Of a stretch of 64,000 nucleotides of DNA, positions 40,146-51,679 are shown piece by piece. How positions within the stretch are numbered: position 1 is the stretch's first letter; every line of letters begins with the position of its first letter. Below the pieces are notes generated by a model that saw only the letters and a program-made list of their open reading frames with translations, did no database searches and was not told the DNA's origin. Both the position numbers and the translations under genes were made by a program. The DNA is from Mobula birostris (Eukaryota), in contig NC_092394.1 of assembly GCF_030028105.1 (NCBI RefSeq), forward strand, positions 13,927,939 to 13,991,938, given 5' to 3'.

Positions 40146-40240
40146 TGTTTTTAACAGCATCAGGGCAATGGCTAGATGTAAGACACTGCAATATCAGTCA
40201 ATTCTCTTTTAGTAACAACAAATGTAAAATTTTAACAAAC

Positions 40241-40344
40241 CTTTCAAGTTGCATTTTCTTTTCAGCTATTAGAGCTTGGAGCTGCTGCTGTTGTGCTTCC
40301 CTTTGCTTAGCAACTGATTTCAGAAGGTTTCTGGCCCCTATGGC
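40241..40344 (-). CDS. IFT20: IFT20 coding exon 3
   Basis: CAG acceptor; [34 protein letters not shown](R); GTTTGT donor; 104 nt. Confidence 0.96.
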
Positions 40345-41643
40345 CTGTTGACAGCAAGAAAGTTAATCAACCAGTAATTTTTACAAACGTACAAATTAAG
40401 AACATAAGTTGATGCAGGACACTCCACTCCTTAAGCCTTCTCTCACTATCTAAGATCATGGTTGATCAGATTGTAACTGCAACCTCACCTTCTCATCTAC
40501 CCAAGATAAATTGCTTATCATCTGTCTACCTGTCTTATAAACTGATCCTACGGCCCTTGCAATCCAAAGACTCACACTCTCAGACAAATGTTTGCCTCAC
40601 CTACAGGTTAAATGGAAAACCTCTTATTTTTAAATAACAATGCCTAGTTCTGGAGTCTCCAATATATAAAAAAACCATTATCTCCACATTGACACCATCA
40701 AGACCGTTCAGGATCATAGAATTTAAATCCCCTCTCATGCTTGTAAGCTACAGTAATTCCTAGTTGGTCCAAATTTTATTGAGGCAACTCACCAATTCCG
40801 GGTATCAGTCTGGGAAACCTCCTTTGAATTGCCTATAATGCATTCACATCCTTTCTTAAATGAGATTTATGTTATACACTGTACTCTACATGGTTTCACC
40901 TATGCCCTGTATAAATGAAATATAGAGTCCCTATTTTTGTATTCACTTTCTGTAGCGTTAGGCAACATCACTGATCGATTTCCTTATTACTTGCTGTGTC
41001 TGCAACCTAGCCTTTTGTGAATCAATCACACCCAGATCCCTCGGACCCTCCCACCTGCAATTTCATTATTTAGATAAAATCACTTTGTACTTCTAACAAA
41101 ATTTTGATTTCACCTTTTTCCTACATTTTACTTGATTTGTCAGAATTCTTGCCCAACCATCTACATCCCAATGCAGCCTCCTTATGTCCTCGTCACAACT
41201 TTCCCATCCTTGAGTCATTGGCAAATCCTCTTCCTCGCCACTTCGCAATAAGCAATGTTTTATTCTCCAGCCAGTGTGGCTGGTTCAACCTGGAAGTGTA
41301 TGGATTGACATGATCTTACTTATTAAGAATTATACACCTTAAGATAACAGTTACAACTTCTATCAGAGAGAAAACTACCCTGCAATCTACATTTTCGGTC
41401 ACTGTCACAAAGCACCACTTATTGCAAATTCCATCAGACTCTATTTGCTGAATGCATCAAATGGAAGCTCGCACATTGTAATGCTGGATTTAATTACCAT
41501 ATGATGACTTCCCTGCTGGCAGACAATTTTGAGTTTCATAAGGATGAAACTTTAACAAGCTGACTTAGTAAAAGAATTAACAATGCCATATTTTTTCTTC
41601 CCATTGTCAAAAACATACAAATAAAAGTATTTAGAAACATTAC

Positions 41644-41729
41644 CTTCATCTTTTCGTTCTCAGCTTCCTTTGCAAGTTGATCAACGATCTCAATTAACCC
41701 ACCAACAATCTTCTGGAACTGGGCTATTT
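41644..41729 (-). CDS. IFT20: IFT20 coding exon 2
   Basis: T-tract plus CAG acceptor; (K)[28 protein letters not shown]; GTAATG donor; 86 nt. Confidence 0.96.
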
Positions 41730-42877
41730 CTGAAAAAAAAATTAAAAGATTTGATGCAAAAGTAAACATTATAAGTTGCACGTACTTTCCACAATTATGT
41801 TGCAGTCTACTTGCTCATGCTGGAATTGTTTACACAAGTCCTCTAATCAGTTCTACATCCAGACCACAGTACAAAACTTCCCTTAACAAAATCATTAACA
41901 AGAATTTCATGACACTATGATAAACGTAATCCATCACCTCACCGTTCTCAGCTTGGTTGCAGCCTTTTACGTGACTGATCACAAATCTTCCTCCAATGCA
42001 CCCGGATATCATATTTGATAGGTTTTGTCATTATACATCCAATTATAGCCAAGGAATGACAGATATATATCTATTTGTACCCATATATTACTTTTGCTGA
42101 AGAATGGCCAACGTCCTACAGCCCACTCACATTCTTCCATGACAACGTTCCAAAACACAGTCCACATTTATACCCTGATGTCATCCAGCTATACCTCATC
42201 CTCACTTCACTTGTTCCCTCCATTCTTTACAAACCATTAGTTAGCTTGTCTCATTTCCACAGTCAATAAGCTATAGTTTCCTTCCACATCAAGCATCGAG
42301 ATATTGTTTTGGTCACTGACACAAGCTTTATTCCCTGGCATCAAATTTCCTCCCTTTTCAGGTAGCTATCTGAAACTGAACAGACCATTTGCAGCCTTGG
42401 TATCATCTTTGGCCCATTTGTGGCTTTTGCCTTGAATGCAATTGATTCACCTCATCCTAACTTGGACAGCACAGCAGCATAGTGGCTACCATAACACTTT
42501 ACAGCACCAGCAACCAGGGTTCAATTCCCGCCGCTGTCTGTAAGGAGTTTGTATGTTCTCCCCATGACTGCATGGATTTCCTCTGGGTGCTCTGGTTTCC
42601 TCCCACATTCCAAAGATATGTGGGTTAGGGTTAGTAAATTGTGGGTACACTACGCTAGTGCCAGAAGTGTGCCAACTTTGCAGGCTTCCTCCGCCATTCT
42701 CGGGCTGTGTTGGTAGTTGAGGCAGACAATACATTTCTCTGGACGTTTCTAGTAACAAAGCTAATCTAATCTAAAATAATAACCTTTTGGAATCACTTTC
42801 CAATGCTAGGCCAGTTTCCCTTCCCCCCACCCCACCTTTAAGACAAACCTTTAAAACCTACATCATTGACCAATCTA

Positions 42878-43305
42878 ACAACAGGAATTCTGCAGATGCT
42901 GGAAATTCAAGCAACACACATAAAAGTTGCTGGTGAACGCAGCAGGCCAGGCAGCATCTCTAGGAAGAGGTGCAGTCGACGTTTCAGGCCGAGACCCTTC
43001 GTCAGGACTAACTGAAGGAAGAGTGAGTAAGGGATTTGAAAGTTGGAGGGGGAGGGGGAGATCCAAAATGATAGGAGAAGACAGGAGGGGGAAGGATGGA
43101 GTCAAGAGCTGGGCAGGTGATAGGCAAAGGGGATACGAGAGGATCATGGGACAGGAGGTCCAGGAAGAAAGACCGGGGGAGGGGGGGGAGACCCAGAGGA
43201 TGGGCAAGGGGTATATTCAGAGGGACAGAGGGAGAAAAAGGAGAGTGAGGAACGTGTGTATAAAAATAAGTAACAGATGGGGTACGAGGGGGAGGTGGGG
43301 CATTA
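42878..43305 (-). mobile_element. Penelope-derived 3' terminal fragment carrying a hammerhead motif
   Basis: Well-preserved terminal repeat; hammerhead core at 42974-43009. Confidence 0.8.
42974..43009 (-). ncRNA. Minimal type I hammerhead ribozyme motif
   Basis: AGUC-CUGACGA-A-GGGU-CUCG-GCCU-GAAA-C-GUC/GACU: stem I AGUC:GACU, core boxes present, palindromic ACGU stem III as in Penelope hammerheads. Activity not shown. Confidence 0.7.
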
Positions 43306-44592
43306 GCGGACTTCCTTCTGAATTCCAGCGAGTACAGACCCAGAGCCATAAAACATTCCTTGCATGATAACCCTTTCATTCCTGGAATCATTCTTGTGAA
43401 CCTCCTCCAGACCCTCTCCAATGCCAGCACATCTTTTCTAAGATGAGGGGCCCAAAACTGTTCACAATACTCAAGATGAGGCCTCACCAGTGCCTTATAA
43501 AACCTCAGCATCACATCTTTGCTCTTGTGTTGTAGACCTCCTGAAATGAATACTAACATGGCATTTGCCTTTCTCACCACTGACTCAACCTCAAATTAAC
43601 TTTCAGGGTGTTCTGCACAAGGACTCCTAAATCCCTCTAATCTCAGATTCCTGGATTTTCTCCCCGTTTAGAAAATAGTCCGTACATTCATTTCTACTAT
43701 AAAAGTGCATTACCATGCATTTTCCAACTCTGTATTTCATTTGCCACTTTCTTGCCCATTCTCCTAATCTGTCCAAGTCCTTTTGCATCCTACCTGTTTC
43801 TTCAACACTACCTGCCCCTCCAACAATCTTTGTATAATTTGCAAACTTGGCAACAAAGCCATCTATTCCATCATCTCAATCGTTTATATACAGCATAAAA
43901 AGAAGCGGTCCCAACACCGACCCCTGCGGAACACCACTAGTCACTGGCAGCCAACCAGAGAAGGATCCTTTTATTCCCACTCGCTGCCTCCTACCAATCA
44001 GCCAATGCTCTAACCATGTTAGTAACTTTCCTGAAATACCATGGGCTCTTAACTTGGTAAGCAGCCTCATATGTGGCACCTTGTCAAAGGCCTTCTGAAA
44101 GTCCAAATATACAACATCCACTGCATTCCCTTTATCTATCCTACTTGTAATCTCCTCAAAGAATTCCAACAGGTTTGTCAGGCAGGATTTTCCCTGAAGA
44201 AAACCATGCTAACTTTGCACTATCTTGTCCTGTGTCACCAAGTACTCCGTTACCTCATCCTTAACAACTGACTCTAACATTTTCCCAACCACTGACGTCA
44301 GGCTAACTGGTCTACAATTTCCTTTCTACTGCGTTCCTCCTTTCTTAAAGAGTGGAGTGACATTTGGAATTTTCCAGTCCTCTGGCACCATGCCAGAGTC
44401 CAATGATTTTTGAAAAATCATTTCTAATGCCACCACAATTTCTAACACTACCTCTTTCAGAACCCTAGGGTGCAGTTCCTCTGGTCCAGGTGATTTATGC
44501 ACCTTTAGGTCTTTCAGCTTTTTGAGCACCTTCTCTCTTGTAACAGTAACTGCACCCACATTTCTTCCTTCACACACTACAACATCAGGCAT
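43306..44592 (-). mobile_element. Degenerate CR1 LINE (RT region)
   Basis: [39 protein letters not shown] and RPHLEYCEQFW motifs with frameshifts. Confidence 0.92.
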
Positions 44593-46898
44593 ACAGTGAT
44601 TATGGTCGACTAATAAATTATCGTGATTTGGTTTTATATATAGTGTTTTAATCGAATTCTTAAGTTGGAATCAAAGACAATAATAATCTAATCTGAGACG
44701 ACCATCTAATATTACCATTCTATAATCTAAATTCTTGTGTACTTTAAAATCTACAAGAAACTTACTCAAAATGTCAAGTATAATTGTATGCAATTCATCA
44801 CACATCCTTTTCATCAGTACTTCAGAATTAAGCAGCTAAGTAATTGGGATCTTTTTTTAATTGTACTGTTAATGATACCTTAGTACTGAATCCTTGATAA
44901 GTTACAGCAGGAGGAAAAGAATTACCATTTCTTAAGAGTGACATTCCAAAAAATTTGAATTCAGTTTCTGAAAGATTTTGGAGCCTCCCTTCCTGTTTAG
45001 TGTAGGCTTGCAATTTTTTTCAAACCACATACAAAAAGTTAATTTTTCACCTTATAGAGATACATAGAGAGATCCTTTTAGGGACAAGTCTAACACCTGC
45101 TGAGACCTTATAAAGGTTTACATTGTGGTTGTCTAGACACCACCCCATACAATCAAACCACATCCTTCCTATATTGTACTACTGTTACTGAAGCGAGTGA
45201 AACACAAAGGATGTAGTTGATTCTCAACCTGAGTTTGTGCAGTTGATCTTAAAAGTTAACTTTAAAATATGGAAAACCCAAATTTCATTAGGAATTCATA
45301 CAAAGATTTACTTCTAATACATTGAAAATATTTGTGGAGCAAGTAGCAATTTTACTGAACATGAATTATTACTGAAGTCACAAAGGTTTTAGAGATATAC
45401 ATTTCTAAATCTATCAGATCCCCTGCACTCCTTTTATTAAAAATCTATTGTTTACACAGTTAGTTTAAATGGACTGATCATAATCCACAGTGTTATAAAT
45501 GCAGATTTATTCCCTATTTTCTTTTTTTTATTATTTCAATTACAACCATGAACTCGTTTGTCTCCTCTTGCTTAATTAATTTCATTCATTTTAGAAGGTG
45601 TAAAAGTAAGTCTATCTCCAAACCTCGTCGAATTCCATTTTGTATGGAACTTTGTCATCTTGATTGATGATTAAAATAGCAGAAGGCTGCTTTTGAAACC
45701 TTGTCAGGATGAGACAGACAGCGCTGGGTAAACTTTATAAATCAGCACCATAGTAGTGTTCAGGTTAGTGTGATGCTATTACAGTTCAAGGCATTGGAGT
45801 ACCATTCCAGCTCCTCTGTAAGCAAGTTCGTACGTTCCTTCCCGTGTGCGGGATTTCCTTCGATGCTCCAATTTCCTCCCAGTCCTAAGATGTACTAGTT
45901 GTAGGTTAATTGGTCATTGTAAAAAATTGTTCTGTGATTAGGCTACAGTTAGTTAGGCTGCTGGGATGTGTGGTTCGGTGGGCCAGGAGAGCCTGTTCCA
46001 CACTGTATCTCTAAGTAAAAGAAAAATAAAATGTGGGAAACAGCCGATTAACTTCCTTGGAGAGGGTGGATCAGAGGAAAAGGTGTAAAGGTATCGGTAA
46101 CTCTACCATTCTACAATTTACAGAAGCTCAACATCATTGAAAATGTCACCTACATGTTATTCCACACAGCAGTCCAAACACTTTAATAACTTTCTCCACT
46201 AGGTCTCTGTTAACAATGTTTTAAAACTCCTTAACTGCAGAAATTTCTTCAAAATCCCTATGTTGTAACTGAAAGGGTAGAATATTTGAGCTTAGTCCCA
46301 AAGTGAACCTTTTTTCTTAATTAATGACTGTTTAGGAACTCTAGATTCTTCTGAGATCAGTTTATTTCAACTTCTTCACTGCAACCAACTGCTATGTATT
46401 CAGCCACATGGGTTTCTAATTATCACACCTCTTGCAACCTTTCATAAAACCTACCTGTATGACCAGGCTTTTATTAACCCATATTACCTCATCCTTGGCT
46501 CAGCGCCATATTTTGTCTGCATATGACTGAGAAATATGACAAGATTACCGCAGTAAAACTTCCATCATGCATACTAATTGAGATAACAAAAGATAAGAGG
46601 AGCCTCACAGAAAGGAGCTGGAAGAAGTCGGCGAGCCAGGCAGCATCTATGAAGGGAAATGGTTAGTCAGCTCTTCATCAGGACTTTTGTGAAATGCTGC
46701 CTGGCTTGCTGAGTTCTTCCAGCACCTTCGTGTGTTGCTCCATATTTTCAGCATCTCCAGTCTAGTGTGTCTCCAAAGGATAATAAGGTAGTATCTCTCT
46801 AAGAGGATTCTCTGAGAATCCTCATACTGCTGCTGTATGAGGAGGGTAACTCTCTCTGCTACAATCCTTACACAACACTGAAGTTAGCAATTGAGTGA

Positions 46899-47104
46899 AC
46901 ACAAAATAATCTGCAGATGCTGGGGTCAAAGCAACACTCACAATACGCTGGAGGAACTCAGCAGGTCGGGCAGCATCTGTGGAAAAGATCGGTCAATGTT
47001 TCTGGTCGGAACCCTCCGTCCTGACGAAGGGTTCCGGCCCGAAACGTCAACCGATCTTTTCCACGGATGCTGCCCGACCTGCTGAGTTCCTCCAGCATGT
47101 TGTC
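46899..47104 (+). mobile_element. Palindromic Penelope-derived hairpin element, copy 1
   Basis: 84-nt inverted arms (46937-47020 / 47023-47106); hammerhead core 47021-47048; AGCAAWTGAGTGA at 46886-46898 and 47105-47117. Confidence 0.85.
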
Positions 47105-48427
47105 AGCAAATGAGTGAGGAGTCTGTATTTCCGATCCAAAGGACTTCCTACAGTTCTATGGATGGAACTCTGTTCTGACAGTGACTGATGAAATTAGCCA
47201 TACTTTCTCTCAAGTATGAATCACGAGAAAATTAAATTAGGCTTCATTTACTGGCATTCTGATCTTTGGAGTTTTCTATACCAGGATATACAAGCTATTC
47301 TTAAACTATATTCAAGACTAAAATAAGAGATTTTGGGATAAGCCAGGAAAGCATAAAAATTCAGCACACAAAATGGAAACTAAGCATAGTTACCTAGTCT
47401 GGTTTCAACTTTAGCACTCCAAAAAGCTACAGCATTCTTTCTGCACTCTGCTTAAAGAATTTCCTCCAGTTGAATGCTTTTTTACTGCCAAAAACATCTT
47501 ACGTTGTTCAAGGTCAGATGTAGCTCGCCATCTACTATTCAAGCAGTTGCAGTCCAAGCATCTGAGCCAAAATCCCTGACAGCAGGGCAAGTGAAGTCTA
47601 CCTCATTGATTCCATCATGGCTATTTGGATTTATTGAGTACGCCCACAAGAAAACACATTCCAGGACTGATAATACATTTACTCTGAACTTTGGAGTGTG
47701 GTGCTACCAGAGGAACCTCCTTCGGAATGAGGTATTGAACACATGTGTTTTATCCAAGGATCGCCACCTTGTGGAGAGGTTTGTGAGTTCCTGAGAGCAA
47801 CACCATCTGGAGTTTAGCCACCTAGCTCCTTGTAGAATCAACCATGGCATCAGGGGGGAGGTTCCAGACAAAATTTGATCCAACCAAGATCTCAACGGCA
47901 GAGCTGGTGGAAGACGATGTCACAGCACAGCAGCAGTGAAGGGTCCCCAGTCGTCTTGCATTCTATGCCACTGGACCCCCACGCCGATTTGTTAAGCGGC
48001 CGCCCGTACATCAGCCTCCCCATGTTTAACAAAGTCACACACAGCCGTTCTCCATTAAATGAATCCACACTACCAAACGGGATCCTGGATTGGTCTCTAC
48101 AGCCACCTGAGGACCAACCTTAGAACATCACACCCAATTAAAATGATTGCACTATTACTAAGCTCCATTGGGGCATAAAGGATGGAGACCACAATAAGAC
48201 GGAGTCTGGAGGAAAATAAAACAAGCTGCAGGAGGAACTCAGCGGATCTGTAGCGGGAAACGACCAATCGACCCTTCATCTGGACTGGCAGACCTGAAAT
48301 GACAATTACCCATGTTTCTTTACAGATGCTGCCTGACATCCTAGTTCCCCCAGCAACTCATTTATTGATAGGGCACAAGAGATCCTACATAAGTATTTAC
48401 AAGAATAACAAGAGAAGATAGTCAATA

Positions 48428-48564
48428 CAGGTCGACCTTCACTAATCCAACTACCTGTAATCCAGCACCGATTATGTTTAATGTGATCCTTATGTAATTC
48501 GGCATTCCCACTAATCCGGCACTTCTCAGGTCCCAATGGTGCCGGATTAGTGAAGGTCGACCTG
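48428..48564. mobile_element. 137-bp MITE (Tc1/mariner-pogo/Tigger type)
   Basis: Perfect 21-bp TIR CAGGTCGACCTTCACTAATCC, TA on both sides, internal TAATCC.GCAC subterminal repeats. Confidence 0.9.
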
Positions 48565-48769
48565 TACCAATGTTTATCTTTCAATCATCATTATCCCAAC
48601 GAGTGCTGATAAGGTCCCTACAGAGCTATCCCCTCCTTCCTCACTGATCCAACAACACCCTTGGGATGTCCTGAGGTAGTCCCACAAAGATGTGCACCTC
48701 TCCACTCTAAAGCGGTAACCCGCCTTCCATATGGTAACCAGTAACGGCCCGCTCTTCCCCAATACCTAC

Positions 48770-48890
48770 TTTCCACAAAGTCCCGGCACTCTTCCTTCAG
48801 CTCTATCGTGCTTTGGGCCACCTCCGGGTCCAGGACCCTCAGTTTGTTCAGCTCGTCAAAGTGAAGCCCGGCCTCCCCCAGCGCTTCCAT
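48770..48890 (-). CDS. IFT20: IFT20 (intraflagellar transport 20) coding exon 1
   Basis: [40 protein letters not shown] matches the IFT20 N-terminus; GTAGGT donor on - strand from 48769; 121 nt. Confidence 0.96.
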
Positions 48891-49370
48891 CGCCCCCGGT
48901 GAAACTCTGCCACCAGCCTCCGGCGACCGCTGCCACGGCGACGACGGGGCCTCGAATCCCGGCTGACGTCACTCGCCGCGCATGCGCAACCCCGCCTATT
49001 GTGACCCCAATTTTATTTGCACTTTACTATCCGCTCGTCACGGGCTCGGGGAAAGTGGCAGACACATTTTCGACACTGACTTTGCTCCAACAATTTAATA
49101 CTTTACTCCCAGAAAAAAGAACACCAACAACCCTAAACTTGTCTTTCAACAGCTCGTTACAAAGCACTATTTTAGTTAAATAAAATCCTTCTCATTGAAC
49201 CTTATTCCTCACGGAGGGAAGTATTTTTTCCTGGAAATCTCCTCCACAAAGGTAAATAATTGAAGGCGCTTGAGGGGAGTTGTACGCATGCGCGATTTGG
49301 CAGCCAAGGGCGGGAGGATGCGCGGCGCGCAGGCGCAGTGACGGCTGCTATAAAGGTCGTTCCGGAGCGG
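48891..49370. promoter_or_regulatory. Bidirectional CpG-island promoter of IFT20 and TNFAIP1
   Basis: CRE TGACGTCA 48964-48971; NRF1-type GCGCATGCGCA 48978-48988, CGCATGCGCG 49285-49294 and GCGCAGGCGCA near 49328; GC box GGGCGG near 49308; TATAAA 49349-49354. Confidence 0.85.
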
Positions 49371-49435
49371 CGGGCCGTGACTATGGTGGTGCCGTCGGAG
49401 GGGGCCGGAGCTCCCAGTGGGAGGTGAAGGAGCCG
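49370..49435 (+). other. TNFAIP1: TNFAIP1 putative non-coding exon 1 (start approximate)
   Basis: GC-rich stretch downstream of TATAAA (49349) ending at a strong CCG|GTGAGT donor (49436); head-to-head with IFT20 as in mammals. TSS is inferred. Confidence 0.7.
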
Positions 49436-51406
49436 GTGAGTGGGCAGCGCCGACCGCAGGCTCGGTCCTGCTCCAGGTATGGGGGCTTGGGCCTGCTGAG
49501 GACGATTCAGTTAGGTGGATGGGCTGACTGGTGCAATACTTGAGGGGTGAAACGCGTCACCCACGCATGTTGCTTCACAGGCAGGCTTACCTTTCTGTAG
49601 CGGCTTTAACATCTCTCCCAGGCTCTTATAACCCGGTTCTGATATGTGCTTCACATTTTGTGTACAGTGAAATCCCAGAAACGACGGTTTGCCAATCACC
49701 AGTTGATGTTTTGTTTTGCTTTGGGTTTGGGGATAAGTAGGAGATCTTCCCACTCTTCATAATATTAATATTTTTGCCTGAACTTTTACCTGTGGAAAAA
49801 AAAACTAGTTCTCAGATGAAAAGAAACTCTTCAGCCTTGCTTTAATTCCTCAGGGCAGCACCAGTGTGAAGGTAGACATTTGTGCTCGAGTTCACTTTGT
49901 GCCTTTAAACAACACACAAATGCTGGAGGGGAATCAGCAAATCAGGAAGCATCTATGGAGGGAAATTAACAGTCGATGTTTAGAGCGGAGGTCCTGATGT
50001 TGCTCGAGATTTTCAGCATCTGCAGAATTTCTTCTACACTTAAAAACAACTTTTTGACTTTGCAAGAGAACAGCTGCTGCTTAAAACAAGAGATCTACTG
50101 AGTATCTGAAGCAATAATACAGATGCATTTAAGGGGAGACTGGGTATGTAGAATGGAAAAGTGAGCGATGAGTTATGTTGATGGATTTAAATATAGAAAA
50201 GTAGAATAGGCTACAGGATTGGTTAGAATGAAAGGACAATTACTGGATATCTAACATTCTCCTATTTCCAATCCATTGCAGCCAGAAATTACTCTATTTA
50301 GAACAGTTGAAAGGTAGTAATTCATTATTTTCAATTGGAAATTACTTGTTAAATGCAGAATGAACCTGAATAATTCAAGGTTGGATGAATCAACAGGCCA
50401 ATATTACATTCTCCAACAAAGGACCTAATTATTGCACAGTTAGAGACAGACTTGGCTAATGGATAGACTATAAGGAGTAATGGTTCTGAACTTGTAGACC
50501 TTGGATTGCAAGCATTTCTGCTTCATCACTAACAAAAAAATTCTTGATTTTTTTTTATTATTGGCTCTGCAGGATGTCTCTAAGATTGTTGAAATTTAAC
50601 TACTGTTTTGAGTCGACTGACTAGCAGAGATCATAGAGTTGAGATAAATTTGTTGCTTTAGTTTTGGCCATCAGAAGCTAATGGAAATGCCATAAAGGTC
50701 AGTAATTGGGCCCTTGGCTCCCAGTGGTGTATAAGCCATCGATGTACTCACATCTCCATCGTCCTCTTAAGTCGATGGTATGTTTTGAGGTCATCAATGC
50801 TTCTGCAATCCATTGCATCCACTGTACAGGGGATTGGCCTATACAACTTCTCCAGAGCCCTGTTGGCTGACCTTGCCTGTTTCCACTTCTCATGACAGGG
50901 ATGTAGGGTTGGACTTTGAGAGGCAAAGATCAGTACAGGGGTTTCAATCTGTATTAAGGACTTGGATGCATGGTGCACTTAGCTGATGGAGCTGCAGCCT
51001 CACAGCACCAGATATGCACGTTCAGTCCAAATCTTGGGTGCCATATATTCTTCATGCGAGGATTTTCTTCTGACTTCCTCTTGTATCCCAGCGTAGTGTA
51101 GATTGGTATGTTAACCGACCATTTTAAATTTCCCCTGGTGTTAGGTGAGTAGTAGAACCTGATGTGGGTGTTGATGAGAATGTGGAGAGAACGAAAAAGT
51201 AATGTCTAATTAGAAATGGATGATAGGTGGTCAGCACGGATTTGGTGGTCTGAAAGGCTTGTTCCCTGCTGTATGACTCAATGAAGAGACGAAGTGTACT
51301 GCAGGCATGTTTTCTGATTTAAAAAGTTATGTTGTGAAAATAAATTGTTAGCAAGTTTTGATGGTCATGGCCAGAGACAAGGATCCGATTGATTAACGCA
51401 CAGTTA

Positions 51407-51679
51407 TATAATATATAATGTAGGTCTCATCCGGAATTTTTCCGGGTAGCAGGCGACTTCCTCCCACGCCATTCTGATGTAGTTAGAATTTGCGTATGCG
51501 GCAAGTTACAGCAGTGGTTTGCCATTGCCTTCTGCCGGGTGAGTGTTTTTTTTTCAAAGAGATCACCAGCTCTTAACCCCGCACAGGTGGAAAGCGTGCC
51601 GGGGGGAGCCGGCTGGGTTCGAACTTCGGAACCTCCGCCCCGCAGTCCAGCGCTGATGCCACTACACCACCAGCCGGCT
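51407..51679 (-). mobile_element. tRNA-derived SINE inserted into an old CR1
   Basis: A/B-box head on - strand (GGTGGTGTAGTGG...GTTCGAACCC); GGCAATGGCAAACCAC RTE-like tail; TSD CGCACAGTTA at 51397 and 51684. Confidence 0.75.

Noticed and set aside
48761-48769. Second GT four bases into IFT20 intron 1
   Set aside because: Using it would shift the frame; the first donor gives the conserved protein.
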